Source: Lingula anatina
Lineage: Eukaryota; Animalia; Brachiopoda
NCBI GenBank assembly: GCA_051362555.1
Contig: CM120645.1
Coordinates: 744,001-808,000, forward strand
DNA length: 64,000 nucleotides
Direction: 5' to 3'
In this document: positions 13,684-25,212 of the stretch, one piece after another
Layout of the letters: each line of letters begins with the position of its first letter
Numbering within the stretch: the stretch's first letter is position 1
The notes under the pieces: generated by a model
Databases searched by the model: none
What the model was told of the DNA's origin: nothing
The model's input: the letters and a program-made list of their open reading frames with translations, nothing else
Program-made: the position numbers and the translations under genes

Positions 13684-14649
13684 ATTTCAGCGCTCTCTGT
13701 CATTCAAAAAGTAGACCTAAACCATATCCAAAACTGTTGACATAATCTCGATGTACATAGGATTTAGAGTTTAAGTTTGTGATGTATGAGTGACACGGAA
13801 ATTAAGATGGGTGTACTTCACGTAACGGGAAAAAAATTAGACATAAAGAGATCTAAAACGTTTTTAAGACCAATTTTTCGTCACCGGCGCATAGATGGGT
13901 TATATGTTAAAATGAAAAATTGCTAAAATATCTAGGATTATTTGTTTGTGGTGTCGTTACGTTTTCACTTTCAATTGACATAAAGTCCACTTGTGATATC
14001 AAATATGTAATATATCGTATATTTCTATTTTTATAGATATCAGTGTTACATTTGTTATATAGTCCTTATCTCCATTAAACCATGAAAGAAAAACGACTAT
14101 TCAGTCATATAGACTTGAATATGGGTTGCAGCATCTTGGTTACATTGTATTTACCAACGTGAACTTCCAAATGGACGTCCAGAAATGAAGAATATAGACT
14201 CGACCTGTTTTAAGTGCATTGACGTGTGATATATATAATAATAAATACTGAGTGTGGCATGCCAAAAAAAGTGATCGTGAAACAAAATGGTACATAAAAC
14301 AGATATAATTACTTTTAAATATTTCCCATATACACGTAGGCCGAGGTTGAAGTTAGGAAACTGTACACAATTACATGTTTTAAATAAAGTATCCTGCAGT
14401 TATGAAACAGTCATGCGCGTTTTAATGAAATAGATATTCAGATTATTTAAAATGGTGGATTTATAAGTGCACTTTTGTATCATATATATAACGTTATTTA
14501 ACATAACTGTACTACACCAACGCTGGTCAACCATAGCTTATTTCAACAAATAAATCTGTAAGTACGGATATTTCAAGACTTTAAAAAGCATTCTATATAT
14601 TAGCCCTGACAAGAAACTTGAAATGGGATAAGGTCATAAGACCTCCAGT

Positions 14650-17600
14650 CTATGCCTCTGGATCTTCCAGAACAAAATAATCGTGATCTTCCGTGATTGC
14701 CCCATCTAAATCCCCATCCTTTTCTGGACAATCTGCTCGATAGGTGGCGTCTTGGTCACTGGGATGGATTCTGTCTACTACGTCAGCCGCCTGGCAGTAA
14801 AGACCCGCATCATTTTGATCACTTTCACTGCAAGATGATTGGGTACGACTACCATCACCTGTCCTCTCGCTGATTTCTGTCAATCCAGAAAAATCACCAT
14901 TCTCGGGGTGTGGGGATTCGTTGACAGAATCGTCGACAATACTGTTATTGTTTGGCTCAGAACCGGTTGCACTGCATCGCGCAGAATCCGAGTGATGATT
15001 GCTTCTCTCTCTGAGAGTCTCGCTTAATGGATCTTTAGCGAAACGATAATAGCTTCTGCCAACAGAATCATCATCAGAATCAAACACAGCGGTGTTGGGA
15101 CCCCAGTCCGCTGTACAAGTTGTAAGAGTGTGTGCATCCGTAGAATTCTGCGCAGGGCGGGAAGGAGTGTGAACGATAGGAGGCACGTGAGGGCGTGCAT
15201 CGGCTGAGACATTCAGGCGGGAATACGTGTCTTTTCCTCCACTTTCCGGCTGCCTTTGTTCAGTCCCAGCTGATATTTTCAAATGATCGTAGTCTCCATC
15301 AGCTACAACAGGCGTTTTTAAAGAATTTGACGCGTCTGAGACATCTTTGTTACAGTTGTCTAAAAGCGAGTCCGGAATGAGTTTGATATAGGTGTAATAG
15401 TGGTCGCCATCTTGGGGGTCACTTGGAGCCTCTCTCCTGGTCGGCGGAACCCTGGCCACGCTGTCGGCGCCAAGTGTGTTAGGTGTAACGTGCTCGGGTT
15501 CTTCTAAAACGTACGAGTCCGACAGCGAGGAATTGCTCCTGTTTGGCGCTCCTCGCTGGCCACGTTTTTCGTACGGGTTTGCCGCGCTGTGCACGTGCTC
15601 AGGGCCCATTGAAATATCCTAGGAAATACAAGATATTTTTTCCAAATTTAATTTAATTTAATTTAAATTAATTTTTGTATTCGTATAAAAATGAAAGATG
15701 TGTCTTTTAATGCCGGTTTCATTTCATGTACGCCCATCCACTTCACTCACATTCATTTGGAAAATTTGTGTTGGATAAATATATATTAATATTCTTGTAT
15801 TTACCCATAACCACTTTTTGCTTTCACAGATACTTATTCACTCCTCACTTGAACTTTAACACCAAGGTTTCTCTTTAAAAAGCGAATAGCTCTTCTAACC
15901 GGGAAGGTGATAATTTATAACTATCAGGTTTCCTGTCTGGGTCGCGTTTTCTATTCACTCAGCTACAATCAGGGTGGCTACAATACAATTCAGTGAAAAG
16001 ACCGGTGTTTACTTAAGAAGACTCACCTGTCTACGTGGGCCATGACGGGAAACATGCGAACTTGTGCCTTTGTTATTCTTCCTGAAAATGGATACAACAC
16101 ATTGACTAAATGACAGAATCACCAGCTGTAAAATATTTTATTGAAAAGAGTGGCCCTAGAAGTAGCTGCAAGTAGGTTTACCTCTATGTATGGAATGGCT
16201 AAGTATTAGGTTTTACTGCCTGTTTATGATTGCGTCTAGTATAATTTACAAAAAATGAAACGTAATTCCCTTTGTCATCCCATTTTTATCAAATTAAATT
16301 CAAAAGCGAATATAAAAAAAGAAACGGTGTGATTTTGCGTATTTTCTTCTTACACAAACACGCATGCAGAGAGAGAGAGAGAGGTTCACTAAATAGTTAT
16401 TCTTTTTAAGGTGAGGGGGGATATAACATGTATCTTAACCGTACCTATTCCTCCGCAAGAACACACCCAGCAGTACTGCCACAATGACCAGTAATACAAC
16501 TGCGCCTATGATTTCTGCTACAAGGATGACGGTGTTAGAGCTGATGGGCTCGTCTTGCACGTGATTGTTGGCGGCGGCAGCGGCGGTAGTGGTGGGATAA
16601 GTGGTGGGATGGGTAGCGGGATAATCATTGGTATAAGCGGATGGATAAGTGGCTGGAATGGTTGAGGGAAAATCATTGGGATAAACGGTGGGATAAATGG
16701 CGGGGTAGTTACTATCATAGCTTGGGGGAATGAAGGCAATAAAACCTGGCGGATGCTGGTAATTCTTCCGTATAAACTTCAGTATTTTCTTCGAATCTTC
16801 TTCATTACATTGCGTCATCCATATTTGACCATATTGGTCTTCGGCACATGGTTTGAGGGAACTATCCGTGTCAGTGCCCTCTGAAGAAGAAATATGGATC
16901 TATCACTTCATAACGAATGTAAAATAGTCTCTGAAAACGGCGAAGATTAATTTATATAATCAAGGAGTATATACTTGTACAATATAAAAGTTTCGATAAT
17001 TTCTTGATATTACTTAGAATAAATTTGCATGAAATAAGCCCTTTTTTACGAAAACTGAAATTACTAAATTAAAATACACCCATTGGCGAAATAGCTTGGC
17101 GGGTCGGAAAAACATTTTGAAACGGAGCATGTCCGCTCTGAATCAAAATTTAATCTTGTAGTTTCTATGCCATTTCTTAAGCTGGGCCAACTAAGGGTAT
17201 TTATAAATACCAGTAAGGTGTAGGACAAAGAAGAATCCCCCCACGTTCAAATTGATGGTCACAGACCGGTAGAAGGATGCTGCGTGGCACACTTTTACTT
17301 TTTTTAAATTAAATTTTGAATTATAACTCACCGAGGTTTTCACACAAATTCTTGAACAGTTCCATTTCCGTAATTTGGCTTGGTTCAATGTAGGCTTTTT
17401 AAACAAAGCTAACTGGTCCTCGCTCCTGACGTGTAGGCCTATCTCAAGTGGAATGCAATATATTACACGTAAAAGATACAGAAAAATGCTGAACTTCCTG
17501 TTTTGTGTATATGGGGATCATTTCAATTTATACAAACAGCATATTCTGTATCAAGACACGCCAGGAATGTATTGGTATCACCCATCATTGTGTTTCTCTA

Positions 17601-17733
17601 TTCTCACCTACGCTCGTGCAGATGTGTAACATGCTATTTCGGGACTTTCTTTTATAAATTACTTCCTTCTTTCGAAGTGGAGACAAAGGATCATTGCAAA
17701 TGAAAATCCCCGCTCGTGACGCAGGCTGCTTGC
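14650..17733 (-). CDS. Type I membrane protein A with a YPxx-repeat stalk and a long Tyr-motif cytoplasmic tail (5' exon not located)
   Basis: Phase-consistent exons 17733-17608, 16880-16445 (Cys residues, YPxx stalk, TM VILVAEIIGAVVLLVIVAVLLGVFL followed by RRNR), 16081-16028, and ~15618-14650 (TAG). The tail is acidic and Ser-rich with YIKL, YDHL, YSRL and YFVL. Confidence 0.75.
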
Positions 17734-18366
17734 CTGCAATAACAAGGCAGCAAAGCTTTTAAATGTATAGACAAGAAGCAGAAAATAATGATGCACAAAT
17801 AGGTTATTTGGCAGTTTTGATGCAATAAAACATTATGCTTTACAGCAAAATCAACACCATATTTACATTTATAAATGCACCACATGTAACAGGAATATTA
17901 GGAATGAAACTGGCGTAAAGCTTCAGGCCCATAAGAGTCCAAATTCACACATTGAAAATGCCGGATGAAAAAAAAATTAAAATTTCACGAAAAAAAAATT
18001 AAGAAAAAGAAACTAATAACAATAAAACTAATAATAATAATAATAATACAGTCGAGCTGGTTTTCCAATTTGAACTGTATGTCAATACTAAGCCAAGAAT
18101 CATTTGTGTGAGTTACAACACAATAAATAACACCGTTTTCCTTTCATAGCGTGTGGTGGTAGTACACAAAAAATAGGAGTTCTATGTCAGTTATAGTGCA
18201 TTATTACCTCATGGTTAACAGCATAATCACTACCAGTATTTAGTTATCTTCTTCAGTAACATGGATATTCAGAAAATGTAATTACCAAACGTCTTCATGA
18301 ACGTGGGAGTTCGAAGTCCCAAATTGAAAATGCCAATGTGTGAAAAATGAATTTCGCAATAAATAA

Positions 18367-18416
<50 letters not shown>

Positions 18417-18957
18417 TAGAAATAATTTCGGATCAAGCCGAATGTCGAACTCGTATTTTATGAATATTCATCAGTTCTGTAGGTTTGAAGACAATATTGG
18501 TCAACGGTTTTCCTCTTATCGTGTTATCTCTGAAAGTGCACGGCGACGACAGACGCAGGTGATGGGTGTGTTCAAACACAATGATATTTCATAACAGAAA
18601 ATAAACATTTAGGTACTTATTAGTTACACTGATATTGATATCATACTTATTCTTTTTATATTCATGAGTTTTCTCCAAGTTACCAGCAATGGAAAATGAA
18701 AAACGATTCGGTTATAACAAAGTAGGAGAGTATTGAAACATATAGGGCAGAAGAAGCCTTTGTTTTATATATTCTGCTTGCAGTTATTTTGTCAGAGATT
18801 CTGTTATGTAGATCTACCGGTTTCACTACATTCAAATAAAGATGGATTGTCGTTCTCAACTCTGAGACTCAACGTTAAAGGGAATCATATATTTGAATAA
18901 CCATTTAATATCAAGGTTGTTTCGTCTTGCTACATGTATCTTGCTATAGGCCTATCA

Positions 18958-21900
18958 TCAGCCAAATTTTTTTGCTAAGTCATACACATCACGTGTTTCC
19001 AGCTCACTCCTCTTCGCTACTTCTCCTGTGTTACTCATTAAATCTAAGTATATATGATTTGACGGTTGACGGCGTAAAGCAGACGATGACTGTGCCCCAC
19101 TTGGGGCAGATGTCGTATTGGAATCGTCAAGGATAAGGCTGTAGTAGTTAGAGTCATCTGGAGTAGCGTTTCCAGTTTGCTCTTTGTCGTCTTCTCCTGT
19201 CGCGTAGATGGAGTTATTTCTAAATACGCATGCGTCATGGCCATCAGCTGTACGTGGGTGGGTGGTTTCATCGTGATCTTGATTAACCTTTGGGCGGAAC
19301 AGTTAGTCAAGTTAAATATATAACTTTAAGTTGTTATTATTCATAACGAAATGAGTGATTTACATGGCTTTTTCCTGATAAGTGTAACATTTGTAAACAT
19401 GTTAAACAATGTAGATAAAATAAAAAACGACGTGACTTACCAATTCGCTTGATTGGGATTTTGCCGTCTGCAGTTCTTCCATCTTGTTCCGTATTCTGAA
19501 AACATGTAACAAAAAGATGTTCATTTCACCAGATGATATATTTCATAAGTTTTAATTCAAGATCCTGGATTTAATTTACAGTTGTATCAAATTTTGCACT
19601 CACCTCATGGCGTGTTTAACATTAGTAGTAAGGCCACACTTTTTTAATTTTATGGATGACATCCTGCGCGCGCACGGATTTTCGCCCGTTCTCCAAAAAA
19701 AAAAAAAAAAAAAAAAGCCCCCCCAGCCCCCAACGAAGTCGGTTGTCGCAAACGTTGTTATTGAATTTGCAAGGAAATGAGCTTTCTGCGCATGCGTATT
19801 TTCACCACGTGGAAATGCGACCACTTTATTGTCAAATTCATCTCTAGGATTACTTTCAAATTACACAACAATAAAAGTCATCAAGAGAACGGGCGCCATC
19901 GTTTTGGATTGGTATGCCATTGATATTGGGCATGGAGATATCACCTTTTTACAATTGTGCGAAAGGCTGGCGGTGGCCGAAACATTTCTGTGACATTCTG
20001 TATAAAACAGCACATTAATACCAGGTTTTCTGTAGCGAAAAAAGGGTCGACAAGGTCGAGGTATTTGGTGGGCTGAAGGTCGGACAGGCCACCTGACAGT
20101 TTAGCTGCTTCGTGTGAGTTGAAGTTGACAAAATGGCATCGTCTGAAATGACCTTTAATAGATTTGGTAGTATTAAGCATATCTTTGCATCATTTTTTAA
20201 ACATTTCTGTGAAGTGTTCAAAATGTTTTAATATTCTGAGAATACAAATAAAGACGCACTGTTTGATTGATATTTGTTTTATTGATTGCTATACCAAATG
20301 AATGCATGAAATAACCTTAAATAGATTTGGTAATATGAAGTATATCAATTCATGACTTTTTTTTACATTTCTATGAAGTATTCACAATGCTTTAATATTT
20401 TGAGAGCATGGATAAAGACATATTGTTAGTTTGATACGTGTTTCTGTGGTTAAATTTGTGTTTCCAGCTGTGTACTGACAGCATTCCTTTACTTAAGCAG
20501 TTTTTTTTTTTTTTGGACTGTTTTTTTTTTTTTTTTTTTTTTCGCCCTCTCGCACCGATTTTGGGGTACCCAGAGGATGTCATCCATAAAAATAAAAAAG
20601 TGTGGCCTAAGTCCTAGTGAATTTCGTACACAAAAATACTACGCAAATGCAAACAAATGTAAAAATGAGCAATTATTTCTATAAAAAAATGAATGAAGAA
20701 GATAAAGAAAAGGGTATATGACGGTATAAAAAATAAATTAAAAAAGCCCACACACCTTTTCCAGCAGAACCACAGCAGTGCGAGCCCCGCCATCAGCGTT
20801 GCCATGACGGCAGCCAAGATGGCCCCAACCAAAGCTCCCAAACTGAGACAGTCACAGGCCGCTGTTCTGCTGCTTGCCTTAGGCAGACCTGTAGTGGCTG
20901 GAACATGATAGATATAGAACAGAGTGAACAGAGAATTGCATCGCGGAAAAAATACATTGCTACGTGTCCCTTTACTGACATATCGTACACGCCCTCCGTT
21001 TGACTCTCCCATCAGGGTGCGGCCCCTAGTCGCTCTAGCACCCCTTCTAATGGACTTCTCCGACTTCAGGGGGATGGACTGACTGTAAGACTGAATGCAT
21101 GGCAGGCCAGGGGGGTCGAAAGAACCGCCCTTTTTGCTGGGAAAGGTACCCTCTACATGTAGGTAAAATTTGTATCTTGGCACACGAAGGTTTCATGGTA
21201 AATGGCCCACTTTTTCAGATAAAGATCCCCCCTTTTTAAATTGCTGGCTACAGGCCTGCATGGATACACGTGTGAATGAGTGAACGCTGGCGTGATATGA
21301 GACACAAACGGATTTGCAAAAGTCGGTAGAGGTCACCTCCCCCCCCTCCCTCTGTTAGTTTCTGAGGTACATGTAGGCTTACGTACCCCTTTCTTCTCCC
21401 CCCCCCCTCCCCGCCCTCTCAATATGAAATAAGTATAAAATGATTAAGTGTAACCAAATTAAGCACTATAATCTCTGTGCCCTGTATAATTATCCCACTA
21501 TGCTGTTAATTATAAACGAAGCAAGGCGAATGTCTATCTTTGGACCCCCCCCCCCCCCCCCCCCCCCCCCAGCAAAACCCGGATACGCCGGCCAGTTCAT
21601 GTGCGGTGATACAAAATATAACCCAAACACATATTGAGCTATTTTCTTTGTAGTCATTATTTATTTAATTATCTGTTTATTTATTTGTTTGTTTTATTAA
21701 TAATCTTTTTCAGAATAGAACAATACAAAATAGTGAATATCTACAAAATGCCTTTTTTTAGAAAGCACATACAATGCACTTCATGCATATACATGTACAG
21801 GTATGCGTATTTTAACACAAGGTAATGTAACAAAATCACTTACCTTTCGGACTAGACTAATACATCCGTAGATCTAGCTTGACGTGTCTTATAGCAGAGT

Positions 21901-22596
21901 TATACATGTTTTAACAAAATAAACATATTCAAAACATACAGTAGGGACTTCTCATTATTATACAATCTTTATGTTTCAATGGGATCAGTGTTATATCCTG
22001 TAGCCTCACCTCTTGCTGATTGCGTGGTGATTGAGACATCTGTATTTGTTGTATGGCTACTGCTTATGGAGGGTATAACACTCGTATAATCGTCCTGTAT
22101 TTTTGCACACTGGTAATCTGAGTGACTTTTACATCTGCAAACACCTGGATTACTCCACTGACACGTGCATACACTTGAGTTGGTAAACTTAATAACATAT
22201 TCACAATTCTTAAAAGTGGGAGTGCATGAGAATGCCCCTTGGTTGAAACTGACCGGGAGTTCTGAGCAACGTATGGCTTCGCCAAGTCTAGCCAGTCCTG
22301 AAATGAGACGCAAGAGAATCAAGTTGAAGAATTTAAACTTTAATAGACTTTAATAAAACGCAAGCATATTTACTGAGCATCACATTTAATAGTTTGACTC
22401 TACAACAAAACTGAATGTACATGTATGATTGACGAACATCTCGTTAGTATGCTGACTATACTGTAACAGAGAGAGAGAGGGAGAGAGAGGGAGAGGGGGG
22501 AGAGAGTAACGCAGACCTACTGTTATTCAACTGATTCCAATTGAGCATGGCTATCTCCTGAAAACAAAACACCGTGAAAATAACCACCAGTTGCAT
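18958..22596 (-). CDS. Type I membrane protein B with a small Cys-rich ectodomain, Ser/Thr stalk and Tyr-motif tail
   Basis: Exons 22596-22521 (MQLVVIFTVFCF..., start tentative), 22297-22010 (8 Cys, then S/T stalk), ~20898-20756 (TM LGALVGAILAAVMATLMAGLALLWFCW-KR), ~19495-19441, and ~19287-18958 (NSIYAT, SNYYSLI, HIYLDL, DVYDLA; TGA). Splice phases 1/1/2/0 are all compatible. Confidence 0.75.
19632..20607. mobile_element. Non-autonomous PIF/Harbinger-type element (976 bp) in an intron of receptor B
   Basis: TIRs GGCCACACTTTTTTAATTTTATGGATGACATCCT / AGGATGTCATCCATAAAAATAAAAAAGTGTGGCC. TAA TSD at 19629-19631 and 20608-20610. Confidence 0.85.
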
Positions 22597-22599
22597 CTT

Positions 22600-22825
22600 C
22601 CCCTCTTTATCTTCCTGAAAGGTCACAACTGGGCCCTCCAGTAAATCTCCGCAGTGACCTTGACATAAATTAAATGACGCACATTTATATTAACCAAACA
22701 CAAACCCAATACAGCAAGTTCTCTTACTTCCTACTTCCTGCTCTCAATCGTGATAAATATTATTGGACTCTCCCTGTACTAGAAAGGGTGACGTTAACAC
22801 CACGTGCTCCACGTGATAAACGTTG
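22600..22825 (-). promoter_or_regulatory. Putative promoter of receptor B
   Basis: TATAAA on the minus strand at 22684-22689, ~90 bp upstream of the ATG. Tandem ETS-like ACTTCCTACTTCCTG (22726-22740), GATA-like TGATAA sites and two CACGTG E-boxes (~22801, ~22810). Motif matches only. Confidence 0.35.
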
Positions 22826-24849
22826 TGTTTATTCGCACATCTTCTTTGGGGTTATAATAAAGACATGCAACTCTGCTTTGTTATGCAATTCATAAAAGAA
22901 ATGGTTTTTGGAGCTCAGTTTCATCTTATTTGACCCAAGAAAACAGGTCAATGCACATGATAAAAAGGCGCATACTTTCCTAACTTTAGAACCTAGTATT
23001 CTGTCTTTCTGTAGGATATGCGTGGTGATCTACAGTTACAAATCACACAAGTGTATTTGTATGTGTGCGTGTGTGTGTATGTATATTTATGTATGTTTTT
23101 AAGTGTACTGTGTGTGCGCTAGTGTGTGCGCTGCATGCATGTGTGTGTATGTGTGCGTGTGCGTGTACACTGTATGTACGTGTAACGGCTTCTATCTTGT
23201 TCTTAACTGTATTTATTTTCATTTGCTAGACTGACGAATCCAAGTAACTCAACATTAGTTTATGTCCAAGTTAATGTAGTTCTTCGTCTCATCTTACCAA
23301 GTTCTGATATTTTAGGTTTTATTTCATGCCGTTGCCTTGCCGAAATTTGTTTAAAATGTCAACCAAATACAGCCCATTTATAATATCTGCTGGCAGTCAC
23401 ATAATTCATGAAAAGAATAGCCGCTGAATTTTTAACAGACGTTTATATACACGTTACTCATTTCGGTATTATAATGAGCGGCGGTAAATTGGTGACATTT
23501 GTCATGTTATGATCTTATTTTAGGAGAGGTCATAGGACCTAGTAAATTACCTTTCATACTACTGTGTGGAATATTCTGTGAAAAATTAACAATTACGAGG
23601 GAACAGGTTGTGGAATGTTCACTGCGAAATACATATGATCAGTTTATTATTAACAGTACGTCTTCTAAAATAGAATTTTTACGTATAATATTTTGTTCTG
23701 ACAATGTATTGTGTTGAAATTTACGCGGCTTTATTTTCTATTTGATGATATTACTATGGAGAAAATCATGGATTTTTTAGCTGTCCATTTCCTAAAAAAA
23801 AAAGACCAAGATAAGAAATAAAATTCATAAGGTCGAATGAAGAATCCCACTGAAGTCGGGATTGTGGTAAAGAAGACCGCCTGCTACCACGTGACTGTTT
23901 AGTTCAGGGACGAATGAAGGAACTGTGCAAATATTTGTAAAGTAAAGAAAAAATACAAGTCTTAGATTAATCTCTCTCTTTCTCTCTTATATAATTATTT
24001 ATTTATTTATTTGTTATTGCCGTTGTGCATTTACATCCGTATGGCAGTAAATCAATGTAGAAAAAGATGATTTAAATGATTTTGCAAATTTTTCTTTTTT
24101 CTTTTTTTTTATTTATTTATTTATTATTATTATTTTTTTTTTTACTTCTGCCCTAACGACAAAATGATCAAAAAAGATCTGTTAGACACACTCCGATACA
24201 AATAATCGTGGCAGAGTTTGGCATGACGAGAAAAACATCTAAAACGTGAGTTAAATCCGCTGCATTGATCATGGAGTGTTTTATGTAAACTAAATTATCG
24301 CGTTTCTTTCAGTCGTTGCTGCTTGTGAATAATGGACTGCGATTAGTCAAGGAAGCATTGAGGGCTATGCATACAACACAAAAGAGGCACACCTTCGCAA
24401 GAGCTTTTCATTGAAACCCACCCAAGGCTATAGCCTATTGTTCGTAAGAAGACCTCATTATATTAAACCTATCGATTTCACACCAATAAGTGCGCATGTC
24501 ATGTCATGTCATGTGCGGCATGTCATAGTTCACAAGCCGCGATGCTGTTAAAGACGTTAAAAAGAAAGTCTAGTTAACGTTGGGCACACACGCCTAGGTA
24601 ACGGGTTTGTATAACCTCTCTCTCTCTCTCACTCACATGCGCGCGCGCACACTCTCTCTCTCTCTCCCTCTCTCTCTCTCTCAACACATGCAGACACATA
24701 CACAATCCACACACACGAACAAACACATTTACATGCAAATACTCACACGCACCTGTAGGCACACATGATCGCAGTTGTTTTGTACGTCTCTGATTAAGAT
24801 ATTGAATATTCCAAAAACAAGGGATAAAACATGGATTCACATTTCAGAG

Positions 24850-25171
24850 ATGTCCCGCTTTCTGCTGTTAAACAACCAAGTTCGTCTGCAGAGGAAATGG
24901 CACGAGCTGTGTGACGGACTGGCCGGCGGTTTCGCCCTGTCCCTGGGGCAGCTGCTTGTCCAGAAGGGGGTACTGACGGTCCAGGAAAAAGACCAGATAA
25001 ACCCAAAATGGACGACACTACAACAGAACGAGAAGCTGTTAAAGTTTATTCTGTATTCAGATGATGAGACGTATGAGAGGTTTCTGCAGGTGCTTGAGGA
25101 CCACCTTCCTTGGATGGCGGATGAGTTGCATGAAGATGTACCAGAAGAAGAACTCCAAAGACACCAAGGTT

Positions 25172-25212
<41 letters not shown>

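Noticed and set aside
18205-18265. Signal-peptide exon for receptor A (MLLKKITK / ILVVIMLLTM)
   Set aside because: The two halves are in different frames with a stop, and the donor phase does not fit. The 5' end is left unresolved.
21103-21258. hAT-like MITE relic (CAGGCC...GGCTACAGGCCTG) and the 20614-21183 ORF as one long exon
   Set aside because: The termini are too degenerate to define. Only the ~20898-20756 part of that ORF is bounded by splice sites.
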